DNA of 64,000 nt from contig CM060731.1 in NCBI GenBank assembly GCA_030704615.1, positions 31,620,001-31,684,000 of the forward strand. Direction: 5' to 3'. Below are positions 37,601-49,241 of the stretch, piece by piece (the first letter of the stretch is position 1; each line of letters opens with the position of its first letter). A program made the translations under genes and the position numbers. The stretch comes from Takakia lepidozioides (lineage: Eukaryota > Plantae > Bryophyta). A model generated the notes under the pieces. The model saw only the letters and a program-made list of their open reading frames with translations, ran no database searches and had not been told where the DNA came from.

Positions 37601-38318
37601 GCCGTGCATTCTCCAATAAGCATTGGTCAAGATCCAAGTTTAGTGCCAAACCGTTGGCGACAATATTACAGGAATTTGAATGTTTAAAGATGCAGGGACC
37701 TTAATATATGTTGCATTTTATCATGTTGGTGTTTAAGATGGGGAATCAGAGCCTGGGCAGCAATTGGATGTTACACATACTGCAAACCAGTTAAATGCCC
37801 CTGACAATCCCCGTCTTAGATTCTCATGGGCTTGAATGATGAAGTTCTTACCTTCATTATTTGCACTATATTGATCCCAAAAGAGAAATGTCATACAGCA
37901 ATGCCCAAGTCGTTGCCCCCCAATCAGCAATCATCCTTTAACTACATTGAACTTTCTAAGATTGGTTTTACAGTTGTGATTTTATCTTGTGTAAGCTTAT
38001 TCAATCAATGGGCATAGTGACTATCACACTCACTCCCCTCTCATTCTCTCATTGAATTGAGAAACCAAAAGTACTGAGGATCAGAACCATACCCAGGGCA
38101 CCCAGGCCACCGCCCAGGAGAAGTAGAGCAACAGTATAAGGCACCCTGGTGCCCTTGAGAATCTGGCGTGAGACAACACCCAAAAACAGCGACACCACCA
38201 CAAATAGAATAGCCACCTCTGGCCCCGGCTCATCAAGTGCAGGTGGAGACAGGGCCGCATACGCAGTCACAGATTCCACTGGTTCGGCCATCATCATAGC
38301 GATAAGCAGTGTGCCCAT
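10318..38318 (-). CDS. SOS1: Plasma-membrane Na+/H+ antiporter SOS1/NHX7, ~24 exons (approx. 38318-38092, 37505-37455, 36912-36821, 36178-36101, 35513-35356, 35027-34930, 31222-31105, 30489-30437, 30162-30097, 29917-29873, 29666-29617, 29172-28988, 28708-28649, 28301-28195, 27930-27681, 16252-16155, 15571-15361, 14757-14659, 14567-14436, 14295-14077, 13607-13400, 13282-13030, 12447-12064, 10737-10318); possible frameshift in exon 6
   Basis: Motifs RVPYTVALLLLG, FLPALLFESSF, SATDPVAVVALLKELGASKKLSTLIEGESLMNDG, WAGLRGAVALSLSL, GELGEDEELGPADW, a cNMP-like region (GIWLIANGVVKW), GLMSWP and the C-terminal DSSDDSDGEEQIVEVKSPS, all in SOS1 order. Confidence 0.95.
10624..10725 (-). repeat. 51-nt (17-aa) tandem duplication in the last SOS1 exon
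   Basis: SKSWKAGAQERASWPSH / SKSGKAGAQGRASWPSH; atgggagggccagc recurs at 10624 and 10675. Confidence 0.9.
10796..10851 (-). mobile_element. Solo 3'-terminal fragment of LINE family A
   Basis: Reverse complement is TGGGTGCGGGGTCAATGGCCACGAGGCTACGGCAAACAACGTCTTATGAGTACAT, nearly identical to 21414-21468, next to a GA/CT-rich tract. Confidence 0.9.
16568..16609. repeat. (CT)n microsatellite just 5' of LINE A
   Basis: About 20 perfect CT units. Confidence 0.97.
16610..21481 (+). mobile_element. Near full-length non-LTR retrotransposon, family A (APE endonuclease + RT + C-terminal Cys/His motif; RTE/RTEX-like, clade uncertain), frameshifted in its 3' part, ends in (CT)n
   Basis: ORF 17798-20212 has APE motifs (ATFN, QETW, LLGDFNAR, SIVDYI, SDH) and RT motifs (GPDG, NYRGITLL, QAGF, KAYDTV, GVAQGCTLSP, MFADD). 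Later fragments include YLGVEF and CPLC...EDSIHFLIHCP. Stop at 21460-21462 is followed by (TC)n. The 5' boundary is approximate. Confidence 0.92.
17377..17797 (+). repeat. 3 x 141-bp (47-aa) tandem repeat in the ORF upstream of LINE A ORF2
   Basis: GA(A/G)GATTTGGTAC..TGAATGG-type unit at 17430, 17571 and 17712; peptide unit EGFGTLNGLPILKVYTRRAKSIHGVIVP. Confidence 0.93.
21482..22022 (+). mobile_element. 5'-truncated, internally deleted second copy of LINE A, abutting the (CT) tail of the first
   Basis: Repeats about 20914-21480 (aaatgaagttaggca...gagtacattctctc) with deletions and substitutions, and ends in (CT)n. Confidence 0.92.
22024..26716 (+). mobile_element. Non-LTR retrotransposon family B (coiled-coil ORF1 + APE/RT ORF2, many frameshifts), (CATTT)n tail
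   Basis: ORF1 from 22136 has 11-aa ASLDKDWE-like coiled-coil repeats. ORF2 fragments include IGSWN, LETH, VGDFNA, SVVDY, EGQAGFR, GVKQGCPLS, LLYADD, YRYLG and ETEEHFFFYCPLY. Ends ttataaagcaccatttcattcatttcattt. Confidence 0.93.
26717..26801 (+). mobile_element. Solo 3'-terminal fragment of LINE A directly after the LINE B tail
   Basis: ctcaaactgggtgtggggtcagtggccagtaggctac...caatgtcttatgagtacattctc matches the family A terminus. Confidence 0.87.
27062..27142 (+). mobile_element. Solo 3' terminus of an A-related subfamily
   Basis: gcggggttgatggccataaggctatagcaagcc...gcaggaaacggc...atgagtacattctctc shares the GGGT.RATGGCC....GGCTA core and the ATGAGTACA end. Confidence 0.75.
31363..34860 (-). 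mobile_element. Second LINE B copy with two internal deletions, in SOS1 intron 6
   Basis: Reverse complement closely matches 22036-26716, including the 3' UTR and (CATTT)n tail. ORF1 is 34077-34769. The ORF2 end 31477-32394 includes RFRVGSHNLRIETGRW...RLCPAC...ETEEHFFFYCPLY. Confidence 0.94.
36424..36680 (-). mobile_element. Cluster of LINE B tail pieces and a LINE A tail within a (TTC/TTTC)-rich tract
   Basis: B pieces: gaaatgaaatgaaatggt and ttataatgtccgcggaaagctc. A tail: ctcataagacattgtctgccacagcctcgtggccattgaccccacacccagtt (about 36595-36647). Confidence 0.82.
37318..37376 (-). mobile_element. Solo 3' terminus of the A-related subfamily
   Basis: Reverse complement is GGGTCGATGGCCGTAAGGCTATGGCAAGCCAACATTTGCAGGAAACAGCATGAGTACAT, flanked on both sides by GA/CT tracts; similar to 27062-27142. 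Confidence 0.78.
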
Positions 38319-39992
38319 GTCCTTTTTCAAGCTTCTATCCCAGATGTGCGTCAATCAAATATGACTGTGCATTAACAGGGATGTCATCGCCGAAAATTCC
38401 CAAGAGCATTCTGCTCATGAGGAGTTGAATAGATTTCATAACCATTCTGCTGAAAACCTCATGGATAGCAGTACCAGGCTCCACCTTACTCTCCCATTTC
38501 AGGTAGAAGAGGGAAAAAAGAGGTAGAAATGCTCGGGAAAAGGTCTCAACCCACTTGAAATTTCCCTGGAAAGTGGAAATAATATTCTTCCCTGTCGTCA
38601 GGAGAGCAAAAGAAACTGCTTGCCGTCCAAGAGAGAAACACACAGAGTTTACGCATACTGGCGATGATGTCGCCCTCCTGAAAAAATAAACTTAAGCTTT
38701 CACAGGTTACACTTTCTTCAGCCACTGCGACCACATTGAGTCCATTTGCAAGAGTTTCCGGGCGCCCTGGATTGAAAATCGGGTGACCTGTTCTCAAACT
38801 CGGAGAATATAAGCATAAAGGATCTACATGGCCGAAATTCCACCAGAGCTACCAGGCACGGAATTTCAAATTGCTCGAAAGCCTACCTATCTGCCACCAA
38901 GAATCCCAATACAACGTCGCCGGAAGCATCTGGCGTCACTAGCTCAAGAACCCGCTTCCTTCATTTGAATCCTCTACTGAAACCTTGTAGAACAAGCCCC
39001 CGCAAAGAGGTTCAGGGCTCTCCAAAACCTGCCCAAATAAACAGATCGGCACTACCTGGCTCCTCACAGTGCCAACTCCATAAGAAGATCAACCCACTCA
39101 AAGCCCAAGTATGATTACGTACACAACACCCACATCGAGTGTACAAAAGATAGATGATCTGGCACTACCCTCGGACGCTTGTCTCTGTCCGAGACACGCT
39201 ACATATTCTCACATCCTGCGTGGGGCCCAAGGTGAGACGGAGACTTGCACAGTTGCAGGGAATGCAAATTACGCCATTCTTTGACGCTTGCATTGACCCC
39301 TGCAAAATGCATTCCCTATCTGCACAGTGTTGTGGGAGGCCGTTGCACAGCAACCCACCATGCAAGCTTGCACAATCTCCGCCCCCTTCTCTCTCTCCTG
39401 CACACATGCCAGAATCCATCAACTCGGCCTTCAATCCTCTGCAGAGAGACCAGCTTTTCAGTTGCCAACTCATCAGAGCTGCCACTGATCAGACTGGGGG
39501 CAGGCCAAAGGAATCCTAAAACCCTCGGGAAAGACCTAAAATGACCCGCTTAGATTCAAATAATCGTAACTTCTTCAAAATGAAAGTCTTTACTTGGTGA
39601 TTGGGGAAATCTCTGTGTATTTTAAGGTAAAGACCACAGTCTTCTAAGTATAGAGAACTTTTTCTTTTTCTTTTTCTCTTTCTTTTGCTTCTGTTTTTGG
39701 AGGAAAAGCAATTGTCCGGAATACTTATAAGACTTCCCTCTTCGATATCGATATCACTCTCCTGATCTTCTCATCACAGGAAGCATCGACACAGCAATTT
39801 TCGCTTTCTTTGCAGTCTGATTCTCCAGACTTTGCTGTGGGCAGTCACTCATGTGAGAGCGCTGGGCGTCCAAGAATCCACAGATAGTACCTTTGTGCCT
39901 CTCATCGTCCTCATCTTGCACAGCACATACACAGCCTCTTGATCAATGGTTTAGATGAACAGTACGGCTCGATAGTTTGGATTGAGTAATTT

Positions 39993-41255
39993 ATGTGCGG
40001 AGCCATGGATGCTAGCTGCAAGCTAGAAGAGCTGTGGAGTAAGCTTCCTTCTGACTTGGTCGACTATGTGCTTGCACGTTTACCGTGTCCAAGTCTTTTC
40101 CGTTTCCGTTGTGTGTGCAAGAGGTGGAATTCCCTGCCATCTTCTCCAGAATTTCTGAAACTCTGCACTCAAGCTCCTCTTCAGAAACGGCCTGCATATT
40201 TTTTTTCGTTTCAGATATACAAACCAAACTGTATTATATTTTATGATCCGACAAGCCTCCCTGTATGGAAAAAGACTGATCTCCAATTCCTTCTCAAGCA
40301 CCTGTCCCTCATCCAACTTTACGACCAGCAGCTTTGTGATGCCGATGGCGGGCCTAAACACTTACGCCGCCGATGGAACGACTTTTGTGATGCCGACGGA
40401 GGTCTATTTTGCATGAAGGGCCACTCTTTCGACTGCAAGCAGACAGTACTGCTGCAAACGAGTTACATTGTGTTCAACCCTCTTTTAAAAAGGTCGAGAC
40501 AACTGCCAGCGATGCCTTGCCCTGCACTTGGTGGTCGACACATCATAACAAAGCTTGTGGTAGACAAATCCACCAAGACCTACAAGCTGATCGTGGTCTC
40601 ACATAGCGACGGAACTTGTTGGACTCATGTGTATAGCTCAATCTCTCAGTGTTGGAGTGCAACTGGAATCATTACTGCAGTTTCACGTTCATCTGAATTG
40701 CTTATTGCGACCAGTGCGATATGCGGCAATGTTCTATATGCCATCATTTATGTCCGCACAACAAGTTACATTCTGCAGTTCTCTAAATTGCTAGCATATG
40801 ATATAGCAAGTGGAGTGTGGACTGAGGTCTGTACCCAACTGCCCACTACTGAGTTGAAGGATAACTATGCGCGCCCACAACTTCTGGAGTGTCATGGCCG
40901 CTTACTGCTGGTTATTGCTGGTCCTCAATGTTTCCGCAACATCTTATGCGAGTTAAACGCCTCCACACTGGAGTGGAAGGAGATCACGTTCATTCCTGAT
41001 CGCATGGGGGAGAGTTTACAGGAAGTATATGTGGATCCGACAAATTACCGATTGGGTCATGAGTACAACTATTTTGTGCTTGGATATGGTGATCTCGTGC
41101 TCTTCAAGTATGATTTTGAGAAACGAACGTTGGCGTATGATTTAGTGCAAGGATTGTGGAGTTGGCTCCCCATTGCCACCAACACAGGATTCTCGAGATT
41201 TGGCGAAAACATGAAAGGCTTGGTGGGTGATCTCAGTCTAGGCACCACAGTTTAG
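39993..41255 (+). CDS. Intronless F-box protein with a kelch/FBA-type beta-propeller C-terminus
   Basis: F-box LWSKLPSDLVDYVLARLPCPSLFRFRCVCKRWNSL, followed by YIVFNPL, HVYSSISQCW, LAYDIASGVW and LLECHGRLLLV. The true start may be the ATG at 40005. Confidence 0.92.
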   Translation: MCGAMDASCKLEELWSKLPSDLVDYVLARLPCPSLFRFRCVCKRWNSLPSSPEFLKLCTQAPLQKRPAYFFSFQIYKPNCIIFYDPTSLPVWKKTDLQFLLKHLSLIQLYDQQLCDADGGPKHLRRRWNDFCDADGGLFCMKGHSFDCKQTVLLQTSYIVFNPLLKRSRQLPAMPCPALGGRHIITKLVVDKSTKTYKLIVVSHSDGTCWTHVYSSISQCWSATGIITAVSRSSELLIATSAICGNVLYAIIYVRTTSYILQFSKLLAYDIASGVWTEVCTQLPTTELKDNYARPQLLECHGRLLLVIAGPQCFRNILCELNASTLEWKEITFIPDRMGESLQEVYVDPTNYRLGHEYNYFVLGYGDLVLFKYDFEKRTLAYDLVQGLWSWLPIATNTGFSRFGENMKGLVGDLSLGTTV

Positions 41256-41932
41256 TTATCGCTGTACATGAGGGTAGATATATTCACTGCTAGGGATGTG
41301 GCTGGAATTCCATGTCAGGATTTGGCGAAAATTCCAATTTGTTTTCCTAGATTTCTTTGTCAAGGTATCCACTAGCCACTCAGTAGCCACACTAATTTGA
41401 AGGTATAAAATTTGCGAAAAAATTCGCCAAGAAAAACAAATGCAGCACTTACTTTCACAGATCAGTTTTCATCAACGTGTTAATACTTTCAAACTGAGTC
41501 TTCATATTAATCACTTCCCCTCAATTAATCGATGCTTCAATGCAAAATTTACGTGCTAGTAGTATTACAAATTACTGAAAAGAAAGAGCGTCAACACTAA
41601 GGCATGTTGTAGATTTGGCCCCATGGTCGCTTGCAGTGCATGCATCTGGAATGACCGATGCCGTTCCTGCACCCAACTTCTTGTCTATGAGAGAAGCTTC
41701 ATGAATATGAAGATGTCTCTTTTACACACATAATTCAAAACTGATAAGATGTTTCTGTTTGTGAACTTTAATTGGGTCATTATAGTCATTTAAGCAGCTG
41801 ACTCTGATCAATTTTGCTACAGGGCCTGAATGCTTTTGGGAGCCAGTTTTTATCAGCAAAAAACCAAGAAGATATGAAAGTCATGCAAGCTGCTCGCTGT
41901 TTAGATAGGAAAATTCAAAGAGAAAACTAAAC

Positions 41933-42110
41933 AATGCATCAATTTCTTTAGCCACAGTCTTGAGTGTCCAAGAGGAGAGGCAGATATATGATGTTACCAC
42001 TAGGCCTTCATTTTCATCCTTAATGCATCAATTTCTTTAGCCACAGTCTTGAGTGTCCAAGAGGAGAGGCAGATATATGATGTTACCACTAGGCCTTCAT
42101 TTTTATCCTT
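41933..42110. repeat. 89-bp near-perfect tandem duplication
   Basis: aatgcatcaatttctttagcc...ggccttcattt(t/c)atcctt at 41933 and 42022. Confidence 0.95.
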
Positions 42111-43797
42111 TAGCAGGTCTGAGACTAATGCATCTGTTTCATCTCTGGCACTTCGGCCAGAACCATTGTTCGCGGCATCACTAATGACTGTCAACTACAG
42201 CAGACCAGTGTATGCTTCATCCGTCAGAGCCAGCAAAGCCTGAGCCACAATGCCACTCATCCATCAAAAAGAGACTCAAAGTATGCGTGCAGGGTGATTT
42301 GCCACTTAAGCATCGGCCTAGTGACCTTTGCAACAGAATCCTGAATGTTGGCAAGAGAGAAAAGAAAAGACGGGGAACACTATAATTTAATCAATTGATC
42401 AAGATGTCGACTTGCCTCAGGTGCAGGGCTCCTCCTACTAGGACTCTGTACAGTAGTTCCGGGTGCAGCACCAGATCGTGCTTCTAAAGTTTGCTAGCAC
42501 TTGCTAAAACCAAAGCTGCACAAACCACAAGCAAACTTAAGTGTCAGCCTTCCCAGTATCATTCTGATCATATCGTGATGGAATAGCCCCGATATTCCCA
42601 GTATCAGCACAAGGTGAGTTCGCAGAGATCAAGATAAACATGACGTTCATCCCGATGGTTCTGGAAGACGTTTGGTTCTCGTTCGAAGACGTTTCATCTT
42701 CCAGTTCTTGCAGGTACATCTAGTTCTTAGTGTATGCAGGAAGCAAGTGAACATTGTTTATCTTCAAGAGTGAGATAGATACTCTCTGTAGGAGCTTCTC
42801 TTTGTAGGAGGTTCTTGATGTTGTAGCCGACAGTTGTTTTGATACATATGGAGATATAGCTCAAGAATACATGTTCGATATAGCTTGAGGACAATTTACT
42901 CGTCATGGCATGACTTCGCCATCATATGATGTACTAAGCAATAAGGTTTTTCAACATAGCCAGGTTGTTGCAATAATTAGGTTCCAAGAACAGAACAACC
43001 TGATCAATGGAGTGCAGTTTCACTCTGTGTCTTATTTTGACTTTCCATATGAACATGCCATCAAGTCATGAAGTTTCAAAGCACTTGATCTACATTTTGA
43101 TCAGACATTATTTTACAAATTCAATCTGAACTTGTTGGTTTTCAATGGTATGTCTCATTGCTGCAATTTGAAACTCTACTTGTAGTGAGCAGATCTTATT
43201 GGGACAGTTCACACCCAGATCTGGGGCCCATAGTATCATAACTTTCATAAAGAGTGCACATGAGATATAGAGATATAGTGTCGGACAGAATGTAATGGTA
43301 GGTCACAGCTATTTATGTATTTAGCTTCGGATTCTTTCCACCGCCGGTATCCTTCCCGGAAGTCCCAAGCATTAATCATATCTCAGTCCCTATATCCCTG
43401 TCTTCCCTCTCCGTTATAAGATATTGAGTTGAATATACATTGTTGAGTGTTTCCTCAGATCTCTCAATTTTGCTAGTGGAATCTGGATGTTGCAGGGAGG
43501 GACCAATTTTAGAACCTCTTCCCCTGTGTTGAAGGGCAGAGGGCAGAGTTAAGCCTGATGCTCTCTCTCTCTTTCCAGGAGCAAATCTCTTCACGAAACA
43601 CCGAAATCCCAAGTGAAACTACGAAGTAGTCACAAGGGCAACCAAAGAGCCTAAAGGACCAAAAGGAAAAAGCCATGGAAAACAAGTCCAATCTGCTGGA
43701 AGTATCTCCAGGCACTTACTATATCCACTGCCTGAAGGCCCAGGCTCACAAAGGAAACCAATATAAAGAGTTTCTGACACAAATCGATTGATTAGTG

Positions 43798-45634
43798 ATG
43801 TACAAAAACCAGCTCCAAGAGTATGCACAGAAGGCGAACCTTTCACCCGCTACATATGACCACGTTAAGGAGGGAACTTCTCATGAACCTAGATTTTAAT
43901 CAACTGTATGGGTGAATGGCCAAAGCTTTACATCAGGCCCTGGTTATCCCAACCTTAGGTCAGCTCACCATGCAGCAGCTAAGACGGCTCTTCATGTCCT
44001 CCAGAATTCTCCTGGGATTGTGCCAACCCCAGTGGTGAGCTCTTCCTCCTCTTCCCGTCGACAATATAGTTCCATTGTACAGTTCGTTTTTCTGGTTAAT
44101 TTCAAAGTCACGTTGTGGTCTCTAGTCACTAGTACCAGAATTGAGTCTCTGGGATCCTTGTATGGAATACGCGAATGTAATGACGTTTCATAGTAATTTC
44201 TGATCTTTTTCTCCCTCGTCTATCATCAGATACATATACTCATGTAAGAGCCATATATCGTCTCACTACTTGCTGTAGATTGGCTTAGGGCAGACATTGA
44301 CACATTGTCTTTTGATGATGTCACTCTGCTTTGCTTCTGCTACAGTAGTTTTTTTAGTCCCTGAGCCATATAGATGCCATAAAGTCGACATCTGAGGGTG
44401 CCTCCGGATAGATTCCTCTATTCAGGGGGCTTTAAATTATATTCTTGTAGATGTTGTACATATCTGAATATATGTTGGGAACATCTAAGGTCTTGTGGTA
44501 CAATGAGGTAGGGATCATCATTGGCTGCCAAGCAAAAATGAAAATGCACAGTTGGCAGGAGGTGGTGGAAATATGGTAATGCTCAAAAAGGTGGTACTCT
44601 TGCAGTTCTTTGCATGGCTGTTGTAACGCCTCGTCTGAAATTTGTTAACACCTTTGTATCACAACAAAGATAGTTGTTTCAGTAACTAAGTCAGGGTTGT
44701 GGTAGGTGCGGTGCAGCATGAGTCAGGTCTGTTCAAAAATTTGTTGCAAGAATATGCTCAGAAAAACGGAATGCCAGTACCTCTGTACAACATTATGCTA
44801 CAAAGGAGCAACGTTTTCCTCCACTGTTGAGATTGAGGGGGTGACCTATAGTGGAGATGGTGCAAGCACCAAGAAAGAGGCAGAAATTAAAGCTGCCCGA
44901 ACTGCTTATCTCGCCAGCCAGGCCACTCAACCTGGTTAGAGTTCACAACCCTGTTGTAATAAATCAATTCATGGAGATGCATTACTCCCTTCATTGCTAA
45001 ACACACTCTGAGAGACCCATACTCCAACAAGTTCGACTGCATTTTGTTGATTTCTTACTGATCGGTTTTCTGATGTTGCTTGTATTGGACCAGTCTGGGG
45101 ATTGCCTGCAGTGGAGCCACGGCCACCTCCACAAGCTACTGGGCAGGTTGGTAAAATATCTGATGGTTTTTGAAGCATTTCTTATGGCCCGTAGATAATT
45201 CTACCTCATTTGTTGCAAATTTGAAAGCAACTAGGTAACAGATCTAGAAGCTACGTAATACCAACCAAGAGATGGCACATATATTTCTTTAGTCCTCAGT
45301 TGCTGTATATTTCTAAATTGTAGGAGTGGAGCTCCACTTTGACCAGTGTAAGGATTCGCCAATGCAAGTACTTACTCGATCAGCCAAATGGTTACAACTT
45401 CTTCAGTATGTTGGATTCGCAAGAGGGAGCCTTATTTGATCTGTTGATTCATTACATGTTACGAACCTTCAAGGTAACCTGTGTCTTCTGTTTTTCTACG
45501 AGTTCTGTTCAACTCCAAACTTCGGATGAGTCCTTGTAGTTGGTGCAGGTTGAAAATTTTAGCAAGAAGAGAGGACGAGCACAACAACAAGTAAATGAGC
45601 AATCAGGTGCTACTCGAATGAAGGGACCCAGGTA
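43798..45634 (+). pseudogene. HYL1/DRB1-like double-stranded-RNA-binding protein gene with an in-frame stop and a frameshift
   Basis: dsRBD1 reads MYKNQLQEYAQK...KEGTSHEPRF*STV...AHHAAAKTAL (TAA at 43897). dsRBD2 HESGLFKNLLQEYAQKNGMPVPLY shifts frame near 44800 into FSSTVEIEGVTYSG...TKKEAEIKAARTA. Downstream exons are tentative. Confidence 0.85.
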
Positions 45635-48228
45635 GGTATCGGCCAGGGACCAATGTCCACACCACAGCTTGACACCAAATTGGGGTCTGGCATGGTGTAC
45701 TAGTAGCAGGTGGACCTATAAGTTCAAACGAGTCTGGGCCCACCATGACAGGGGTGGTGATGGAGGAGAAAACTCATTCGAGTAATGTGGTGGAAGAGAC
45801 CATCTCAAATGCACAACGTGATATCTACAGTGAGCCATCTGTGAATCCACAAGGGAGCATGCCGTGGGAAAATATTACAACGGTTTTGTTAAACCTGATC
45901 CAGAAGCAGAGGAGGATTCCTTAAAGACGTCGGAGCCAGCGAGGTAGATGAGAAAATCCGATCTGAGCACTCTCAGCACAGATGGAACCAAAAATCATAA
46001 CCAAATTCAAGAACAACTACTTGTGTAAGTGTCAACCGTTCAATTTGGAAGGAGTACATAGAAGTCGGGCTGCATTGCCAAGGTATTCTAGTTAGATAAA
46101 GGGAGAACGGGTTGAAATGGAAGGAGGAGAACAATGCAGAGAAGTGAGACAGGATGACACAGGCAGGGCAAAGGAGGAGAGGAGCATAAACCTATCCATT
46201 GTTGTCTGCCTCTGTTGACAAATTAGTTTTGCCCCAACAGCTAGGTGTGACAGTCAAGCATTGGCTGCACAGCTGTTTATTGTTGTCTTGTGGACTCTAT
46301 TAGTGCATGAGGAAGGTGGGAAATTCTCCCTGTGCACACAGTATTATTCAGGTGACATGTCAGCAAGGTCTAAATTGAGGGAATTTTCTCCATCACAAAC
46401 GAAATCCAACTGTCCAGTGGGCAATGATACACAATGCATGTCAGGCAGTGAGGGCCAATAACACTAAGACCACATAATATACCAAAGACCATGAGAATCT
46501 GCCCCTGGCAAGGAAGAGAAATCTCTGAATAGATAGTAGGCTAGTGCTTGCCCTCATCTCTCAAGTTGAAGTGAAGCAGGACCTGAGAAAGCTGATGATG
46601 TCGAGTTGCATGGCGGTAAGCTAAAACTCACATTGTGGGATCCCGTCTTCCTGTCGTGGCAAGCACACATGAGACGGATGTAAACGAGTCAGCTGCAGCC
46701 AGTGCATGATGAGGCAGCTATACTCAGCTATATTCGTTGGAATTTAGCACTTCAGCAAAGACAAGCCACCACACACCACAAAGGGGATATGGATCGTAAT
46801 TTGCAAGGGAAACCATATCTAATGCATCAAGCAGAATAAGAGGAGGTGGAGGAGCTTTTGACAAAGACCTGGAGACTTAACTGCTCATAAGAAGGTAGGT
46901 GGATTTCTACCAAAGAAACAGAGCGGACTGCTCTATCACCAAGTAGGAACAAGTGTATCGTAGCAGGAGTGGAAACCAACGCAAGGAAATATACTCGGTT
47001 GGAGGAACAGAAGGAGCCTACAATAGAAGGACATATCCATCGTTCACAAATCTATAAAGCTTAGTACAGGAAAAGCAATTCAAGTTTGTTAACCACAGTT
47101 GAGTTGGAGGATAGAGAGGAGGCCCAAAGAAGAACAGTGCAAGGATGATATAACATCGAGGCAAATTAATGCCAGAACCAACAGCACTGCTCTCAAGTAA
47201 CAATTGAAGCATCGGACCTGAATTTGCTGTTGACCAAGCCCTGCGTAACTTGTGAATAAGAGGGAATCAAGGTTTCGAATTACATTCTTCAACAGATTGT
47301 GTACAGAAACACTCCTTGGCTGAGTGGTGTGCGAAGAGCCCATGCTAGAAAGCATCATGTTCACATTCAGCACTGCAACTTTAACCCTTAGGTATGACGC
47401 GCTGCAATGCCAGTTCGCTTCACACGCAAGTGCGAATGGGTTGAGACTGTAGTCAGTCAATTACAGCCCGAGTGGCTCCATTTCTCAGCAGGCAGGTTGG
47501 GGGTGCCAGACCACAAGGATATTTGAGAAACCCCAGATTTTTCATAGCGTCACACATAGCCGACCACAACATCCATAACATCCTGATTTCTGAGAACTCC
47601 CAGAAAGCATAACGAGCATAAAAGACCACGAGGAGCACATCTTGTGGAGGTGCGCCGAAGCATCATGGTTCGACAGCTTAAGTGCAACTACTCTCAACAC
47701 AAACAACCCCATCCGAAAGAGGAAGGCAGAGCCTTGAGCTGTCTCGATATAAATCGTAAGCTAGATTGTTCTGCGGAATCACTTGCGGCCTTTGAGATTA
47801 ATCTTTCGACTCAATTTCGGGAATGAAGCGGCAGAATGCAAGAGAAAGAGCATCAGCTTGTGGATGCACAACCATTTCCAGTAATGAACGGCAACTCGGT
47901 TTTTAGGTCACAGGCGTCACTTGAGAAGGCGGTCTCTTCTGCCCGGGCGCAGCGGAGGTGTGTCAGACCGGCATGGGTGCTGGTACTCAACCCCCCAGGT
48001 ACATAACTTGGCCATTTGGAAGCTGGTTTTTTCTATTAAGGATTGAAGTCGTCTTGATCCTGGCATGCGCAGGATTGAGAGGGGTGCGCCACCTATTATA
48101 TGTAGCTTGCTGGTAGCACAGAGCAGAAGCAGGATGGTGGGTGTGGAAGTCTTGCATTTGCATTCACCTTACTAGCTTAACAGTTTGGCTCTGTGTGGTA
48201 GACTAAATGATCACCTGAAGAGACATCT

Positions 48229-49241
48229 ATGGAGCCTCAGGAGACCACGCATCCGGTTGTGGAGCAGCAGCAGCAGGTGGTGGTGGAGGAGAGAGAGCTG
48301 CGGCCACACCGCTGTAACGATCGCCTTGAAGACCTAATCCAGGTGGATTCTCACACGAACTTACAACCATGTCAATTCTGAAGATTCATACCCTGGAGAT
48401 TAAATATGGGTCCACTTTACCAGCCTCTCTCCATCAGGAAAAACTTATTGAGCAGGGTAAGATGAAATCAGATAGATTACAATGTACAATGCAGAGGATG
48501 GACCAGTGACAATGGTATATCCTATGGCTGCACCTGATCGCCGATAAAGCAATCTTCGACCATCCGGAACAGACAGAGTGTCGTACTGTTTAGCTTGGAT
48601 TGCAGGGAAGGAGGATAATATCCGTTTTGTATCCTGAATGCAAGCTAAACATTGTACAAGAGAAGAGAGTCCAACGGAGCCCAAGCATGAATGTTGTTGA
48701 AAGCTCACTAGCACCCCTCCAATGGTAGTGGGACTGTCCTATGTTGGGCTCATGGAGTCCCCATGATTTCCATTGGGAAGCAGCTAGAGCTGGTTAGATG
48801 GGAACAATCAAATTGGCCATTACAGCTTTTGGAACAAGGGGCTCCGATCCTATGAGCTACAGGTCATTTTTTTTGGGAGAAGGCACTGACCTTTCAGTCG
48901 CTACCATGGCAGGCACTTTTTGAAGGGGATCCAAGGAAGAACTTGCCAGGTCCAGCTAAGCTATTCTGGGAGTGTCTGAAGTCAAACCCAGGGTAAGTGT
49001 ACCTTTTGCACAGTGAGGGATAGCATGAAGGGTCTGTGCACCAAGGATGGCACACATAAGTAGAGTGCAGTGTCCCTTGGAACACAGTGTGCACTTTCTT
49101 CATGTGCCTGTCTTTCTTGAAAGTTGAGCACCCATAAATAATGCTTCATCTTTTTCATATGACAGGGAAGAACCCAAGGAGCCATTTCATTACCTAGAGG
49201 CTGACTCTGACGGAAAATTCTATCCCAAAGGCCGCAAATGA
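48229..49241 (+). CDS. 89-aa conserved plant small protein of unknown function (At1g79660/At1g16170-like); exons 48229-48342, 48913-48992, 49166-49241
   Basis: Spliced product MEPQETTHP...HRCNDRLEDLIQ|ALFEGDPRKNLPGPAKLFWECLKSNPG|EEPKEPFHYL...GRK*, with consistent phases. The family match is from recall, not a search. Confidence 0.82.

Noticed and set aside
46000-47900. Short ORFs on both strands
   Set aside because: No motifs or consistent splice structure.
47939-48032. GC-rich stretch ending in a T run, as a possible Pol III RNA (tRNA/SRP)
   Set aside because: No cloverleaf or A/B boxes; more likely the 5' region of the small gene at 48229.
49020-49112. Imperfect hairpin as a possible miRNA precursor
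   Set aside because: Pairing is patchy and matches no conserved miRNA I recognise.
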